Positions 46,645-56,059 of a stretch of DNA of 64,000 bases are shown here, piece after piece; position 1 is the stretch's first letter; each line of letters begins with the position of its first letter. Origin of the DNA: Chlamydiota bacterium (lineage in GTDB: Bacteria > Chlamydiota > Chlamydiia > Chlamydiales > SM23-39); the NCBI GenBank assembly GCA_031423235.1, contig JANPFC010000072.1, positions 53 through 64,052 of the forward strand, written 5' to 3'. Both the position numbers and the translations under genes were made by a program. The notes beneath the pieces are model-generated. The model saw only the letters and a list, made by a program, of their open reading frames with translations. It did no database searches and was not told where the DNA came from.

Positions 46645-48399
46645 CTAGGGATTGTCAGTGGAGACGAGCTGGAAATCTTTAATCTGTAGCTGAATACTCG
46701 CCTTGTTGAGGAATAGATTCACGTGCGGGGTGAAGGCGATGCGGAGGAGGATGTTTTTGCGCCGAATCTGATCGCGTCTGTCCGCTAGTCCAAATGCAAT
46801 CCCTTCCAACATCCTGTCCCCTTGCTCTAAGAATAGCTTCAGGTGGTATTTGCCAACGATTTTGGGCGGCCAGATCTGCATGGCATCGCAGTAGAGAATC
46901 GGGTGGGGGTTCTCGTTGCCAAACGGCTCGAGTAGATTGAGTGACTCCATAAAGTCGAATGTGAGGTCGTTGAAGTTGATCTTCGCATCGAGATGGAGTT
47001 TGGCGACAACGTCCTGCTCTTTCAAAACCTTATCAGCGGCTTCCATAAAGCGGGCTCTAAAAAGGGGGATGTTCTCCTCCTTGATGGTGAGGCCTGCGGC
47101 GTAGTCATGCCCGCCAAAGTTGATGAGGAGATCTTCGCTGTTTTTTAGGACAGAGAGGAGGGGGAATTCAGGAATGGTCCGGATCGAACCTTTGCCCACG
47201 CCTTGTTCTATGGAAATAATGAGGGTGGGACGGCTGTATTGCTTCGCAATGCGGGCGGCAATGATCGGGATGATTCCTGGATGCCATTTTTCTGAGGAGA
47301 GGATGATCGCTTTTTCAAGGAGGATCTCTGGATGGAGGAAGATAAATCCTTCAATGTCGTCGGAGGCTTCCCGTTCGATTTTCTGCCTCTCGATGTTATG
47401 GAGATCGAGCTCTTTGGCAAGAGCTTCCGCATCGTCGCTGTCTTTAATGAGGAGGAGCTCAACGCCTTTGATCGGATCGGCGATGCGGCCGAGGGAGTTG
47501 AGGCGGGGGGCTACTTTAGAGGCGATGTCGACGGGAGAGAGGTCCCCTTGCTGCATTTCACTGACTTGAAAGAGTTTCGCAAGTCCTACCCGCTTCATTT
47601 TTCTCATCTGCTTCAGGCCGTAGCGGACCAGAATCCTGTTTTCTCCCTTGAGAGCGCCCATATCGGCAATGGTGCCGAGAGCCACGAGGTCGAGGTAGTT
47701 TTTCAGATCGATTTTGGTGGGGCTGATCTCTTCTGATTCAATGAGGAGGTTAGTAATGGCGTGGGCTAATTTGAAGGCGACGCCAACTCCGGTGAGTTCC
47801 CGGTTCGGATAGGTGCTATTGATAAGCTTTGGGTTGAGGGTCGCTATGCAGTTGGGGATTCTCGATGTGGGTTCATGGTGGTCTGTGACTATAACGTCGA
47901 TCCCGTTTTGAACGACCTCTTCGATCTCTTTGGCGGCTGTAATGCCGCAATCGACAGTGATCATGAGAGAGCAGTGCCGTTCTTTTGCAAATTCATACGC
48001 ATCGCCAATGAGGCTTTTTTTCAGGCTCGCACGGTTGGGGACGTTGAAAAAGACTTTAGCTCCAACTGCGCGGAGGAATTCGGTGAGGAGGGTAGCTGCT
48101 GTCATGCCGTCCACGTCGTTATCTCCATAGACAAGGATAGCTTCATTCTTGTGTATGGCGGTAATGATCCGTTCTACCGCTTTATCCATATCGGGAAAGA
48201 GGTCGGGGTCGAAGAGGTTGGGGAGCTTCGCGTAGAGGTATTCGTGGATCTCTTCCATGGTTTTAAAGCCGCGGGAGATCAAAATTTGAGCGGTGACAGG
48301 ATGGATGTTGAATTCAGAAATAATCTGCTGAAACAAAGCGGGGTTCTTCTCGGGATAGACCCAAAATGGCGCATGCGATTTTGATGCTTGCGAAGACAT
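46645..48399 (-). CDS. recJ: Single-stranded-DNA-specific exonuclease RecJ
   Basis: DHH motifs (VYGDNDVDGMTA, VTDHHEP) and DHHA1 (GGHDYAAG). Start moved to MSSQAS (ATG 48399) because the longer ORF runs into the palindromic repeat at 48478-48511. Confidence 0.9.
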   Translation of the reverse strand: MSSQASKSHAPFWVYPEKNPALFQQIISEFNIHPVTAQILISRGFKTMEEIHEYLYAKLPNLFDPDLFPDMDKAVERIITAIHKNEAILVYGDNDVDGMTAATLLTEFLRAVGAKVFFNVPNRASLKKSLIGDAYEFAKERHCSLMITVDCGITAAKEIEEVVQNGIDVIVTDHHEPTSRIPNCIATLNPKLINSTYPNRELTGVGVAFKLAHAITNLLIESEEISPTKIDLKNYLDLVALGTIADMGALKGENRILVRYGLKQMRKMKRVGLAKLFQVSEMQQGDLSPVDIASKVAPRLNSLGRIADPIKGVELLLIKDSDDAEALAKELDLHNIERQKIEREASDDIEGFIFLHPEILLEKAIILSSEKWHPGIIPIIAARIAKQYSRPTLIISIEQGVGKGSIRTIPEFPLLSVLKNSEDLLINFGGHDYAAGLTIKEENIPLFRARFMEAADKVLKEQDVVAKLHLDAKINFNDLTFDFMESLNLLEPFGNENPHPILYCDAMQIWPPKIVGKYHLKLFLEQGDRMLEGIAFGLADRRDQIRRKNILLRIAFTPHVNLFLNKASIQLQIKDFQLVSTDNP

Positions 48400-48477
48400 G
48401 TTTCCCCGAGTCGGTTTCTCCTGGAGTCTATCGTGCTTATTGATTAAATGAAAGGGCTCAAATAATTGAGCCCTAAT

Positions 48478-48511
48478 ATACCGAAGTTGATTCAAGAATC
48501 AGCTTCGGTAT
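48478..48511. repeat. Short copy of the ATACCGAAGTTGATTCAAGAATC palindrome family
   Basis: ATACCGAAGTTGATTCAAGAATCAGCTTCGGTAT. Its first 23 nt are identical to 19373-19395. A second hairpin, GGGCTCA-AATAAT-TGAGCCC, lies next to it at 48454-48473. Confidence 0.8.
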
Positions 48512-48522
48512 AGGTGATTGCT

Positions 48523-51500
48523 TTAGACTTTTTCTACTATTACTTGTTCCTCGCGCTTGTGGAAGAAAAGCATGAGCGGCGATGCAATATACCATGATGA
48601 GAGGGTTCCGAAGAAGACCCCGATCGTCATGACTAGTGCAAAGCTAAAGATGGATGATCCGCCAAGGATAACCAGGGCAACCAGGACGAGAAGCGTTGTT
48701 CCCGATGTGATGGTTGTCCGGCTTAAGGTTGCGTTGAGGGCGCTATTCACAATCGCAGGGAGCGATCTAGATTTAGAATTGCGCATCTCTTCTCGGATCC
48801 TGTCGAAAATAATGATCGTATCATTCAGCGAGTAGCCGACAATGGTCATAATGGCCGCAACGGTATTGAGATCGATCTGAACGGGTACGCCGAGAGCATG
48901 GAGCACTCCCATAAGCCCAATTGTAATCAGGACGTCATGGAGAAGGCAAATGATCGAGGCGGCTGCAAATTTATACTCAAAGCGGAAGGCGATGTAGATA
49001 AATATGCAGATGAACGAGATCAGAAGGCCAATGAGAGCGTTATTGCGCATGCTGTCGGACATTTGTCCGCTCATAGCCGTCCAATTTGCGTCGATGTTAG
49101 CGAGCGAATGGGAGGTTAGAGCAAGGCCATCTGCCTGAATGGACTGGATCACCCAGTCTATTCTTGGATTGGTCATGTTCTCAGTTTCGAGCGGCATGTC
49201 GAAAAATGGTTTTCCAGGCTGCGCCATGCTGGTTCCAAAAAGGATGCGGAGCTGATTGGATGGATTGAGCTCGCGCACTTGGAAGTCTTGGTTTGATGCG
49301 CCATGGGAAATCAGGGCTTTTTCTACAGCTTGGAGGTAGTTGGTATCGGCTTTTGGCTCAACTTCCAGATGAAGCGAGTATCCTCCGGTAAAGTCCATGC
49401 CAAAAATTGTGGCCCGCTCTGCGTAGACGAGATAGCCGCCAACTACAATGATCGCGGCTGCGACTGCAAAAGCGAGTTTGGCCCGCTTGAGGAAGTCGAT
49501 CGACTTGGCTGTAATCCAGTTTGCCATCGTGAGAACTTTGTTCTTTGGATTTTGTACCCAGCCGTTGAAGTAGAAACGGGTCATAAAGAGGGCTGTGAAC
49601 ATTGAAGAGACAATCCCGATGATCAGAGTTATCGCAAAGCCTTTAATAGGTCCTGCATCAAAATTGAGGAGGATCAGCGCTGCGATGATCGTTGTGACGT
49701 TCGAGTCAACGATTGCGCTGTAGGCTTTTTTATAGCCTTCAGAAATCGCAGAGGCAATCCGCCCTGTATTGGCAAATTCTTCTTTCACCCGCTCAAATAC
49801 GAGAACGTTCGCATCGACAGCCATCCCCACTGTGAGGATAATCCCGGCAATACCGGCAAGCGAGAGGGTCGCGCCGATGTTTTGGAGGGTAGCCCAAAGG
49901 ATGAGGAGGTTGAAGAGGACTGCAACGGAGGCGACAACGCCTGCAAATCGGTAGTAGGCGATCATCGAGATGATCACAAGGAGGAGGGCTGCTGCGGTTG
50001 CAAGAATTCCTTGGCTCCGATCTTTTTGGCCAAGCTCTGGGCTCACATTCTTTTCTGAGAGGATGTGGGGCGTGAAGCTAAGCGATCCTGCTTTGAGGTC
50101 CGCTGCGAGTTGGTTCACTTCTCTTTGAGAGAAACTGCCGCTGATTTGCGCGCTGTCGCGGATCACTGCGTCAAGAGTCGGAGAGCTGATGACTGTGTCA
50201 TTTAGAATAACAGCCATGCGCCAGCCGTGTCCTTTGGAATAGTCTTCTAGACTTGTGCCGAGAACTTTTTCTTTAGAATAGCGGGATGTCCAAGATTGGA
50301 GGATTTTCCGAGGGCTGATTTTTTGGCCGTCTCGGTCGTTTGCGCTGCCTACTACTTCAAAACTGAGGTAGTTCCCTTTTTGCGGATCGTAGTTGGATTG
50401 AACAGAGCTTAATTGAGAGCCTTCCAAAGTGTAATTGCGGAAAACGATGAGGAGCGGATGGGCTTGGCCATGCCACTGTTCTCCTCGCATAACGGCGATT
50501 TTTGAGACGGTGTCTTCGATCGAGTGGCCCATTGCAGGGTCTTCTGGAGATTGGAGGACGAGTCCGCTTTCGAGGATTGAGCGGGCGGTCTCTGAGATAG
50601 TTTCTCCATGAAGGTGCTTATAGGCGATTGCATTGATGCTTTGCGCGTCTTTCCGGTTTGTGACGACCGCTTCATTCCAAACTTCCTGCAAGAATCTTTG
50701 CGAGGCTGTCGCGAGGGGCGATGAGGCAGAAGAAAACTTCTCGTTCACGACGTGGAAATACATCGAAGAGGCTTTGATCAATTCAGATGCAGAGAGCGAT
50801 TGAGAGCCTGGGAAGTCGAGGACGATGTTGTTTCCAAGCTGGCGGATGACCACTTCAGAGACGCCCATTTTGTTTACGCGGCTGTAAAGTTCGTTGATAC
50901 CTTGCTTGATATCGTCTTCATTTTTAACGATTCGGTTGTTGGCATCGCGTAGTTCGATTTGAACTGTTTTGCCGCCCGATAGATCGAGGCCCCAATGGAT
51001 CACTCTTTTTTCGTCGCCGCGGAAATATTTTGTGAATGAGAGGGCGAGATTGCTGAGGAAAATGCTTTTTGTCGGCTTGGGAACGTCGTAGTGTGCGCCT
51101 GGATGGATACTGACTTGAGCTGAATTGTACTCATCTTTCCACTTCATTAGATCTTCGTGGATTTTTGTGTCGATCTTGTTCGCTGCGAGAATTCTTTGCT
51201 CTAGAGTTGAGAGTTCAAGGGTAGCAAATGTTTGCGTCCCTTTCACTTGGAAGTCTTCGCGGGTGGCTGCGAGGAGAGACTGGCAATAGTCTTGCCGCTC
51301 AAAAATGAGTTCCTGATTGGCTCCGCGGTAGCCTTGAAAACCGTTTTGCTGCAGGAGTTCTGCAAGTGCACGGAAGTCAGAGCTAAATGTTACCGCAAGA
51401 TCAGAGTCAGGGTACTCTTGGTAGGTCTTTGAAATTTGGTCGATCCCGTTTGCGACTAGGCTCAATGATCGGTTTGTCTCTGTGGGAGCGTGGATCACGA

Positions 51501-52749
51501 GGCTGAGCGCTTTTTGATCTGCTGGCAGCGATGCGTAGGAGTCTGCATCGACGATAGTCAAACTTTGGAGGTCTGTGTGGTTAGGGCGCCAGGTATTTTT
51601 CAATGTGCTGAGGATTTGGTCAGCCTGGGCTTTGCCAATTTCTGCAAGGTTGAGGACCAAGAAGCCTGAGGCGTCGGAAAGAGTGTGCATGGCGATGGAG
51701 TAGTTTTCTCCAGCGGCGGCTAGCGTCTCATTGGTAAAGCGGGCTACTTTTGCCGCTTCATTGATTAAAGGCTGTTTCAGCTTGGCAGGGTCTACATCGG
51801 GATGGAGCTTCAGGATAATCTGCTGATTTGCCCAATCGATTGAGAGCTCAGAGAAGAGGGGGTTCCGATTTCCGATGCGAAGTGTGTCGGTTTGACCAAA
51901 AAATGTTTTGATCTCTGAAACACTCCAAGGGGCATCTCCTGAGGCGAAGAGAGCTTCGTGTTTTTTAAGAAAATTCTCGGCGCTGATGAAAAGGGCCTCT
52001 TTTTTGGCGAGTTCTGGGCGCTTTTTCAACTGATCGCGCACTTCGTCAAAAGCGGAAATAAGGGCTTGGATCGCTGCGGGTCTGTTTGTGAATGGCCCTT
52101 GCGTAAAGCTTGAGGCAAAGCGGTTTGCAACAGCTTTGTCTGTTGCTTCAAGTTCGGCAATGGTGTTGATTTGGAAGGCCAAGGTTTCGAGGTATCTTTG
52201 ATCCAAAGTTCCGAGGGCGTAGGCATTCTCGCTTGGGCCGGCTAGCGCGTAGGCAATTTGAGCGGCTCTGTCGATGATCACTTCGCGATAGCGGGGCGAG
52301 TCTTTGGCTGCAAAAGAGAAGTATTTTTGATCGAGCTGGGTCGGAATGCGTCTTTGAACAATGACCTCTTTCCCGTTATCTTCGCGGGAAACAAGGCCTA
52401 ATTGAGCTGGAACGAAGGGGATGAGAGATCCAGCGCGGGGAAAAAACTTGCGGAATTTGGCAGCATCATCTGATTTTGCAAAGCTGACGACCCAATTTTG
52501 GCCGTCTGCCGTGATGGCTTGCGGCTTCACTTTGAGAAGTTCGCAATACGCTCCTACCCACTCTTTAGATTCGGCTTCGATTGCGGAAACCCGCTTTTCG
52601 ATTGAGCTAGCGATATCCTTCGCTTGAACCTCATCAATGGGGCTCTTCAGCGGTTTGGAGTAGTAAAAGAGGGTCGGGAAGATGTTGTATAGGGTCAAAG
52701 CTATGACCGCTAAGATGAGAAATAACTGCCACTTTTTCTGTTTTTCCAT
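48523..52749 (-). CDS. secDF: Protein translocase subunit SecDF (fused)
   Basis: 1408 aa. A large periplasmic domain is followed by two 6-TM SecD/SecF modules. This fusion is typical of Chlamydiae. Confidence 0.93.
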   Translation of the reverse strand: MEKQKKWQLFLILAVIALTLYNIFPTLFYYSKPLKSPIDEVQAKDIASSIEKRVSAIEAESKEWVGAYCELLKVKPQAITADGQNWVVSFAKSDDAAKFRKFFPRAGSLIPFVPAQLGLVSREDNGKEVIVQRRIPTQLDQKYFSFAAKDSPRYREVIIDRAAQIAYALAGPSENAYALGTLDQRYLETLAFQINTIAELEATDKAVANRFASSFTQGPFTNRPAAIQALISAFDEVRDQLKKRPELAKKEALFISAENFLKKHEALFASGDAPWSVSEIKTFFGQTDTLRIGNRNPLFSELSIDWANQQIILKLHPDVDPAKLKQPLINEAAKVARFTNETLAAAGENYSIAMHTLSDASGFLVLNLAEIGKAQADQILSTLKNTWRPNHTDLQSLTIVDADSYASLPADQKALSLVIHAPTETNRSLSLVANGIDQISKTYQEYPDSDLAVTFSSDFRALAELLQQNGFQGYRGANQELIFERQDYCQSLLAATREDFQVKGTQTFATLELSTLEQRILAANKIDTKIHEDLMKWKDEYNSAQVSIHPGAHYDVPKPTKSIFLSNLALSFTKYFRGDEKRVIHWGLDLSGGKTVQIELRDANNRIVKNEDDIKQGINELYSRVNKMGVSEVVIRQLGNNIVLDFPGSQSLSASELIKASSMYFHVVNEKFSSASSPLATASQRFLQEVWNEAVVTNRKDAQSINAIAYKHLHGETISETARSILESGLVLQSPEDPAMGHSIEDTVSKIAVMRGEQWHGQAHPLLIVFRNYTLEGSQLSSVQSNYDPQKGNYLSFEVVGSANDRDGQKISPRKILQSWTSRYSKEKVLGTSLEDYSKGHGWRMAVILNDTVISSPTLDAVIRDSAQISGSFSQREVNQLAADLKAGSLSFTPHILSEKNVSPELGQKDRSQGILATAAALLLVIISMIAYYRFAGVVASVAVLFNLLILWATLQNIGATLSLAGIAGIILTVGMAVDANVLVFERVKEEFANTGRIASAISEGYKKAYSAIVDSNVTTIIAALILLNFDAGPIKGFAITLIIGIVSSMFTALFMTRFYFNGWVQNPKNKVLTMANWITAKSIDFLKRAKLAFAVAAAIIVVGGYLVYAERATIFGMDFTGGYSLHLEVEPKADTNYLQAVEKALISHGASNQDFQVRELNPSNQLRILFGTSMAQPGKPFFDMPLETENMTNPRIDWVIQSIQADGLALTSHSLANIDANWTAMSGQMSDSMRNNALIGLLISFICIFIYIAFRFEYKFAAASIICLLHDVLITIGLMGVLHALGVPVQIDLNTVAAIMTIVGYSLNDTIIIFDRIREEMRNSKSRSLPAIVNSALNATLSRTTITSGTTLLVLVALVILGGSSIFSFALVMTIGVFFGTLSSWYIASPLMLFFHKREEQVIVEKV

Positions 52750-52838
52750 TGGAACCTATGTCTAAGAATTGAAACAACATATCTGAAAGAGGTTCATGTT
52801 GTCTAGAGTCAATTCAATATTTTACGTTCCGATTGGGA

Positions 52839-54887
52839 TTAAAAATTCAGCCCAAGGGTGATTTTTCCCTGGTGCGACTGGTATTTAGAACCAAACTCGC
52901 CCTGATAGCTGAAGGAGGCGTAAGGGTATTTATTTGCGATGGGGAGAAATACCGCTTCGAATTCACCGACGGCAAGATTTTGGGCGCCGGTGAAGGTTGT
53001 AACAGAGAATGAGCCAGGCAATCCAATTACGTAGGCGTTGATGGGTCCTGTATTGAAGGCTTTTTGGTAGGCGTAAGCCCCTTTTTCGCGTAAGACTAGA
53101 GATCCCCAGCAATAGGAGAGGACTTCATTGAAACGGAATCCCAATTCGTTTCGCAGCAAGGAACAGCTTCTATCTTCTTGTCCCATATTCAGGAGTCCCG
53201 CTCCGAATTCTTCAAATCCCTTTTCCCAGCAAATAACCCAATCGATCATGGCAAAGGGTTCGATGGAAAACCATTTATTTACGTAGTCGTAGCCGATTTC
53301 AAAGTGGGGGGTGAGCTGCCATCCATGCGTATCTGAAACGGCGGTGCCCGAGATGTCTGGAAAGGAGATATTCCGGTCGTTATGAGTTCTGTAGAGACCT
53401 CCCCATAATCCAAAATCAAAGTACCATTCGGAAGGGATGCACATGCCGTAAAAGGCTAGGGCTCCCTGTTCGACATGGGCATGGCCGGCGCCATTAGCTT
53501 CATGAACGTGGGTTTGCGCATATGCGCCTCCGCCTCCAATCAGAAGCCATGGATCGTCTCCTCCAGAGCCATCGAATCCCGCAACGAGCCCCCAAGAACC
53601 GGTCTCAAATCCGGGTGTCTGATTCTGCTCCTTTTCTTTCGCATATTCGCCAAATCCACCTATCCAAGGAGAAAAATTCGTCTCTTTTTTACAAGGAGTT
53701 TGGGATCCGGAAAGATTGTCTCGCGCATCTGCAACAAGACCAGTCTGATTGCGCTGCCAATGGGCGAGGGCTAATGGATTAGACTGGGAGATTTCCTGGT
53801 GAGCGATCCTATTGTGGCCTAGATGGTCATTGACGAGCTTGCCAAAGGAGATTTGTGTTGTTTGCGCAGCGAAGGTGGGAATTGCATTGCGAGTCGGAAT
53901 GGCGCTCTCTAGTGCGCTGGCGATGTCTTCCTGTAATGCGAATAGACGCAATAAGGGGATGGGTGCATACCCGTTTAAATAAGTGGCAAAATTTAGGTTG
54001 TTACCGCTGAGATCTGCTGTGCCTACCTGCAAAGCTAGGGAGATGTAATTCAGAGAGGCTCCTACAATTGGGGCTGCGCTTACTAATGTGACGCTTCCAT
54101 TTGTGAGATCCACTCGATAGATTTCATTGCTCAGCTTGCCTACAACGTAGGCGGTCGTGTTGTTTGCGAGCGCAATTCCTTTTAACCCTGCCCCTGCAAT
54201 TGGAGTTGGGTTGACAAGGGTGTAGTCGCCGCTCGTTAAATCGATCCGATAGATGTTATTGGCTGTGTTTCCTGTGACGTAGGCAGTCGTATTATTTGCG
54301 AGCGCGATGCTGATTAGACCGGTCCCTGGGATTTCGGTCACTTCGTAAAAGCTGCCGGTCGTCAAGTCGATCCGATAGACCGTAGAGTTGCTGTTGTCTA
54401 TTGAGTAGCCGATCGTTGGATTTCCGATTTGCATTTCGAGTGCGATATCATTAAGTCCTGCAGCTGGCGCAGGAGAGGGGGTTACTGGGGAGACAGTGCC
54501 GGTCATTAAATTTACATAATAGAGAAGATTCGACGAAGCGCCTGGTGTGTAGGATGAGCCGTTGCTACCAAGAGCAATATTAGCAAAGGTTGCGCCTGGA
54601 GTTGCGGACGGGGTCACTTTAACCACTTCGCCCGTTCTTAAATTCACCTGATAGACATTGTTATCCAGTCCACCAACTGTATAGGCTGTTCCTCGATTTA
54701 AAAGAGCAATGCCGTCTAGACCAGATCCGGCTATCGGCGAGGGTGTTACAAGGGTCGTAGCGCCGGTGATTAGATCGACCCGATAGATGTTATTGTTGGG
54801 TGCGCCTCCGTCTGTGTACGCGGCGGTTGCATCTGCACAAATGTGAGTTGCGCCCATTAGGCAAATCGCGGACGCTATTGTTCGCAT
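52839..54887 (-). CDS. Autotransporter with a six-repeat beta-propeller-like (YVTN-type) passenger
   Basis: Signal peptide. Six ~44-aa repeats N(N)IYRVDL.TG..TLVTP.PI.G.GL.GIAL...T.AYV.G start at aa 35/79/123/171/213/257. The C-terminal ~280 aa is Trp/Gly/aromatic-rich and beta-barrel-like, ending in LGLNF. Confidence 0.8.
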   Translation of the reverse strand: MRTIASAICLMGATHICADATAAYTDGGAPNNNIYRVDLITGATTLVTPSPIAGSGLDGIALLNRGTAYTVGGLDNNVYQVNLRTGEVVKVTPSATPGATFANIALGSNGSSYTPGASSNLLYYVNLMTGTVSPVTPSPAPAAGLNDIALEMQIGNPTIGYSIDNSNSTVYRIDLTTGSFYEVTEIPGTGLISIALANNTTAYVTGNTANNIYRIDLTSGDYTLVNPTPIAGAGLKGIALANNTTAYVVGKLSNEIYRVDLTNGSVTLVSAAPIVGASLNYISLALQVGTADLSGNNLNFATYLNGYAPIPLLRLFALQEDIASALESAIPTRNAIPTFAAQTTQISFGKLVNDHLGHNRIAHQEISQSNPLALAHWQRNQTGLVADARDNLSGSQTPCKKETNFSPWIGGFGEYAKEKEQNQTPGFETGSWGLVAGFDGSGGDDPWLLIGGGGAYAQTHVHEANGAGHAHVEQGALAFYGMCIPSEWYFDFGLWGGLYRTHNDRNISFPDISGTAVSDTHGWQLTPHFEIGYDYVNKWFSIEPFAMIDWVICWEKGFEEFGAGLLNMGQEDRSCSLLRNELGFRFNEVLSYCWGSLVLREKGAYAYQKAFNTGPINAYVIGLPGSFSVTTFTGAQNLAVGEFEAVFLPIANKYPYASFSYQGEFGSKYQSHQGKITLGLNF

Positions 54888-54901
54888 GAGTAGACACCCT
54901 C

Positions 54902-56059
54902 TTAAAAGCTGAAATCCATTCCTAGATTAAGTCCCCATAAGTTGACAGCGCTTGAATTCTCAATATCTAATCGGTCGTGGTTCGCGGGGGCCAGGGGCTC
55001 CCCGTCTTGGTGGACTTGATGGAGATCGTACCATGTATTCACTTCAAATCCGGCCTGAAGCTTCATTGAGGTGGAGCAGAATCGATGATTCCAGGTTAGG
55101 CCGAATGCAAGTTGTGAATTGGGGACCACCCAGGTTGCATATTCGACTGTATCGCGGATGGGATCAAAGGTGGGCTGGCCGCTTTGTATGAGTCCTGGAG
55201 GGGTAAAATAAGTTCTTCGCTTATTGGAGTAATGTCCTGCGAGTCCCGCAAAGGAAAGCTTTTGGTAAAGCCCCATGCCGCAGCCCATATGCCAATCTGC
55301 ATCGACTCCCAAGCGGAAGCCTCCCCCATCAAACCGCCAATGACTTTTTGTTTGAACGGTTGCATGAGGGTCGACGCCGACAGTGTAGAAACTAGAAACT
55401 TTCCACCTTTCGTGAATTGCAGCTAATGTGGGGCCTGCAAAAAAGTTTAGGAGGATTTGGCAGCCAGGTAAATAGCGTCTAGAAAGGAGGAGATCGATCA
55501 CTTGATAGCTGAATAGGGTTTTGCTGATCATATGGTCCACTCCGTCAGATGGCGGGAGAAGATTGAGTCCTCTCACAGTGGGTTCGACATATAAAGTGGG
55601 ATCAGAGGGTCTGAAGATATTTTCCGTACCGCCCGTTGAATAGTAGGTGTACTGGCCTGAAAAATTCCAAGCATCGCGGACAAATGTGTAATCAATCCCG
55701 GCGCGGACTCCCGAACTCCAATTGAATTTCGCAGATTTATATTTCCCGATCGCATCAGAAATTGTCGTGGGGGGAGAGGACTGATGGATGCCGTGGGGAG
55801 TTAAAGCAAATGTGGAGGCTTTTTGCGCCACTTTCCAATAGAGCCATTCGAGGGATGCATTCCAGCCGGTTGTGACGAGCGGATTGTAAAAATCAAAAAT
55901 ACAATCGCAAGGGTTGCAGCAGGGCAGTTTTGGCGGGCAATTGGTTGTGGGTGGCTTGCAAGGATTGCAGCAGTTAGACCTTGGTGTAGTGAGGTTTTCT
56001 GTTTGAGCGTTCAGGGCGCTGATGCTAAGGAAAATTAGAAAAAGCGTTCTTATTTTCAT
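54902..56059 (-). CDS. Cysteine-rich porin-like outer-membrane protein (paralog 2)
   Basis: Signal peptide, then an N-terminal Cys cluster CCNPCKPPTTNCPPKLPCCNPCDC. Beta-barrel-like with a terminal F. Clear paralog of the upstream gene. Confidence 0.75.
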   Translation of the reverse strand: MKIRTLFLIFLSISALNAQTENLTTPRSNCCNPCKPPTTNCPPKLPCCNPCDCIFDFYNPLVTTGWNASLEWLYWKVAQKASTFALTPHGIHQSSPPTTISDAIGKYKSAKFNWSSGVRAGIDYTFVRDAWNFSGQYTYYSTGGTENIFRPSDPTLYVEPTVRGLNLLPPSDGVDHMISKTLFSYQVIDLLLSRRYLPGCQILLNFFAGPTLAAIHERWKVSSFYTVGVDPHATVQTKSHWRFDGGGFRLGVDADWHMGCGMGLYQKLSFAGLAGHYSNKRRTYFTPPGLIQSGQPTFDPIRDTVEYATWVVPNSQLAFGLTWNHRFCSTSMKLQAGFEVNTWYDLHQVHQDGEPLAPANHDRLDIENSSAVNLWGLNLGMDFSF

